A stretch of DNA of 64,000 nucleotides, taken from positions 806,001 to 870,000 of the forward strand of contig MU008179.1 in the NCBI GenBank assembly GCA_010909165.1, given 5' to 3'. Under the pieces are notes generated by a model. The model saw nothing but the letters and a program-made list of their open reading frames with translations. It had not been told where the DNA came from and searched no databases. Position 1 is the first letter of the stretch; every line of letters starts with the position of its first letter. Shown in pieces: positions 60,224 to 64,000 of this stretch. The stretch is from Anthoceros angustus (Eukaryota; Plantae; Anthocerotophyta). The position numbers and the translations under genes were made by a program.

Positions 60224-61619
60224 GTCGCAGTGGACCTTCACCTCTAGGGTGCCAGAATCGGCCCCGTTCCAGCTTGAATCGATATCCAGTGACACAGCTT
60301 TATGGGTATCACAGTACTTGATTTTCGCCTGGCGTCAAAAGCGCGCAATCCAAAACCTGAACATTCACTACCACAGGCCTCGCGTTCCCGCAGCAGCAGC
60401 CTGCACTCCCTCCCTCCTAAGCTCACTGCCTGACCGACCCCGACCCTTGAACAGTAGCAGGACCGCAACACAGTCCACAATCTCCCTTGCTGCATGCAAA
60501 TGAAAAAGGAGCATCCGCTGATGGGAGCTAAGGTGCTACATGTGTTTCTCCCCACAACCATGAGCCCCAAAGCCAGAGCCTCAAAATCCCAAAGTCTCTC
60601 CAAACGCCCACAAAAAGGGAGGGCCCCCAACTCCCCAATCCTGCTGCCCACAACAAAGACCGAGACTAAAACACCTGCACCCGCGCCCCATGCACGCGGG
60701 AACCAAACCAAAACTGCCGCCTTCCGCAGCTGCAAACTGAGCTTGGCCCCCAGTCCTAAATGCCTCGCAAACCCGCCTCGCCCGTGGATCAGGAGGAAGA
60801 AGAGGCGGAGCACGAGGAACAGCCCAGAGTCGCAAATCCGACAACAGCGCACAACAGAATCGGATCCCCCTGGCGCTGTGAAGCAGAGGCGCGGACAGCA
60901 GATACAGCAGGTGCAGGTGGCCAAACGGAGGAAACGAGCCGCGTGGAGTGACAGGCCAGTGGTCCGAGGAAACCGCAATTCCGGTGTCCTGCCCAGCGAA
61001 ATCCGCGAGCTGTGGGACGAGAAAGCTAGCACAACATTGTCATCCCAGGTAGGGAGAGCCGCGTGCGGAGATTCAGACAGAAAAGAGTGTCGCGGCAGGC
61101 AAATGTCCTCGAATGTGAGTTTTGGCGGATCCGTGGCCCATGCCGGGATGGCGATTCCATAGCGCAGCTTGGAAGAGAGAGGAAGGACGGGGCGGGGCGG
61201 CCCAGGAAGGCAGCATCAGCCTGCAGGCAGGCAACGCCCGCAGCCGCGGCGATTGCATCGCAGCCGCAACTGCAAGTAGGCTGCGCCCCGTGCCGTTCAA
61301 AGAGCGACCGTCGGGACCGGCGGCACCGGCTGACCCGGTCGCCGGCCAGCTGCCGGCAAACGTGCTTTGTCCACCGGCACCGGCACCGGGACCCGAGCCG
61401 ATCTGATACGGCCAAGCCTCATGAAAGCTTCATGTTCTGGCTCGGACTGGCCACAGGCAACGTCATCGAAGCTTGCTCATTGAATCACACCACACAAGCA
61501 CCGCGTTTATTACTCTCCAATTTGTACTTGCTCACGCACACACGCAATCCATACATGCTCCGCTGGCGCCATCCTCGTCACGCTGTGACCTAGGGTCTTT
61601 GCGACAGAGGATCTTTGCT

Positions 61620-64000
61620 TCAGTCGGACACCAGTCTCCGCGTCTGCTGAAATCCCGATGACCGGAAATCCGGATGTCCGGAAATCTGCTCACACTGCAA
61701 ATGGCAGGTGCATGCCATTACAGGTCGCTTCAGTCTCCCTTGGCTCGCGTTCATCTCCGTCCCTGCGGCTGTTCTCGGGCCTGGCTCGGTAACAAGCCCG
61801 CCAGCTGCACAACAGGAGTCAGTACATAAGTCGGAAACGTGCTGGCCTTCTGGATGGGAATCATGCAAATAGAGATGTACCTCGATGGCCTTTTCGAACT
61901 TGCCTTCCATCCATCTCACGTTCATCAGGCACCTTAAGGAAGAAACGACAAGGAATTCAGCCAATTGCAACAAACAAAAATTGGTTCTTAAGGTGCCAGG
62001 AAGAGGCTCAACACACTCGATAGTGAATCTGTATGGCGGGGACTGCCGTGCTTTGGCTTCCTCTAAGTCTCTGGCTGCAGCCTCATAGTCTTCCAATATG
62101 CGATTCACCTCCCCTCGGACACTGGGGGCAGCACACGTCTGTAGGTCAGGCACCGAGTTGTTTCTTGGCATGTAAGGTATTGGCCTTAGAGAATGTAGAA
62201 GGTAATGGTCGTCAATAGCTTGTCTCTCAAGTGTGCCATGCTTCATTTTGGAGTAATGTTCGCTGGCATACCTCAGATAGAACGCACTTTGAGGCTGTGC
62301 ACTCTCGGCTCGGTCAAGATCCTCTTTAGCACCTCGATAGTCCCCAGCGTATAGCCTTGTCAGACCCAAGATACTGCAGCAGTGTGACAGGAAGGAGTGT
62401 CAATCAGTGGTCACCATGGCATCCGCTCAAGCAACTTGAGAGCCACAGCGTCATGCTTGCCTACCAGAGCGTGAAGGCAGCATCTTCCCCATGCAGAGAT
62501 GTAAGAGCCTTTTGCAAATCCGCTTTAGCACCATCAAGATTACCGCTTTCCATCTTCACAGCTCCCAGCAGGCTGTGTATTACAGTATAGTCAGAGTAGG
62601 TCAAGTTGCAGTGGGAAACCAGAAAGCATTTCAGGAAGTGCCACCTTAGGATAAAGGGATTCTGATTTGGACAGTGTTCAAAATCTTCCAGTGCACCCTT
62701 AACCAGGCCCAGATTCCACCTCAGTAGACCTCGACAGCTACAAGACGGGACAACAATGTGAGCATTGGTACGAGGGGGAGACTTTCAGGAAAGTGAGCCA
62801 GAGCCTTCACGTTGCCCCCACCCAGAGATAGGGCAGGTTTCTTTTACTACGCAGTTGCACCAAAGATCTACCTCAAGAATATGCTGGTTTGCAATGGTAA
62901 ATCATCCGTCAGCTCAAGTTTGGCCTTCTCCCAGTCTGATATGCCCATCATGGCAGTGCCCAAGAAGCTGCAAACATAGGAATGCAGGACTTCTCACGAA
63001 CTGTTGTCATCTCCATATCTGGAACAGGATAGCTGAAGATAGAACGTCTCTGACCTTAGGGTGAGTGAGTCATCAGGATTTAGCCTTTTTGCTGCTCTCA
63101 AATTATCCACTGCATCTTGGTACTCTCGGAGTGTGAAATAAGCAACTCCTAAATTCCTGGAGACAAGGAACAATATGGCTTACTTTTTCCTGCAGCTACA
63201 CTGGTGCAGGAGGAAAAAATTCAGACACGGTGTACGTTACCTTAGTGTTATAGGATGTTCAGGTTGCAACCTATTGGCCTCCTTAAGGTCCACCAAACCA
63301 TCTCTCTCCTGAGTTTGTATCACCTTAGCTAAACCCCAGGAGCGTAAAGTGGCAGCAAGAACCCGCTTCTTTAAAGTCAAAAGCTCCTCATCCGTCAGGT
63401 TAGGGCTTAATTCACTCGTTAGGACTCCCACTTCGGGAATTTCACCTTCCAAGGTCTGAGAGAAGACTCTTCTATATATATCACATTCAGGAACTCCAGA
63501 CAGTAATCTTGCACACTGTGAGACAACTGTAACGTGCCCATAGGTGAGGAGGAAAGCACATAACAGGTGGATTCTGTTGCTACTAGGAGATGCCATCGGA
63601 GAGAGGTATTTTTTCTGAATCAGAAAACTATCCTGACAGCGACAGTCCTGTGACAGGTAATCGGTGACAATGGGATGCACTCGATAGAAATCCTGCATGA
63701 AGTGGAGTCCGATCCCAAGGGAATTTCATTACTACATCACACAGCTGCCCACTTCTGTCTAAATATCGACATGAACCGAATTTGACTCACTTTTGTCCGC
63801 TCCAGAATGTGAATCCCTACAAATGCTTCGAACTCCTGATCAAAGGTGGCCTCATCAACTGGAGTGTCCATGCAGATTGTCCAAGCCAGCTTCACAAGGT
63901 TTGTTGGAATTTCTGTCGCAGATCTGAACAAGCCAAAAGCGGTAAAAGCCTGTTTACTACCGGAACAGGCAGCAATACTAGATTTAACCCCACGAAACAT
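61620..64000 (-). CDS. TPR-repeat protein, 3' portion (gene continues beyond the window)
   Basis: TPR-like exons ALVDLKEANRLQPEHPITLR, GVAYF....YQDAVDNL, GDYRGAKEDLDRA, RGEVNRILEDYEAAARDL, separated by short GT-AG introns; the stop was not pinned. Confidence 0.7.

Noticed and set aside
60244-61593. Several 130-260 aa ORFs on both strands
   Set aside because: GC-rich leader/promoter region of the GT106 gene; low-complexity translations without motifs.

Overview
Eukaryotic, land-plant nuclear DNA with short (about 70-150 bp) GT-AG introns and compact genes. The style suggests a bryophyte such as a hornwort, but that is inference. The left arm (1-20.6 kb) is gene-dense: a strictosidine-synthase-like gene, a decayed PIF/Harbinger transposase, a GT47 XLT2/MUR3-type xyloglucan glycosyltransferase, a FOUR LIPS/MYB88-type R2R3-MYB, mitochondrial FtsH4 head-to-head with complex I subunit NDUFB2 (missed by the ORF track), and a CobW/ZNG1 metallochaperone. 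The middle (21-56 kb) is a roughly 35-kb nested transposon island. It holds a Ty3/gypsy chromovirus with non-canonical AGTAAC...GTTACT LTR termini, a 5.3-kb CACTA inserted in its 3' LTR, and a base-precise inversion of its PBS-gag-protease half. It also holds a CRE-like RLE-type LINE split by a 21,002-bp CACTA with perfect 32-bp TIRs and a CAG TSD. That CACTA carries TnpD, a TnpA-like ORF, a Sola-like transposase, a coiled-coil/RING ORF, two orphan antisense ORFs and a 1.9-kb TIR element with a 4-bp TSD. The right arm has a PPR relic, a GT106/O-fucosyltransferase-family gene and a partial TPR-protein gene. Many frameshifts in the repeat island may be long-read consensus errors. All calls come from motif recognition by eye; no database searches were run.
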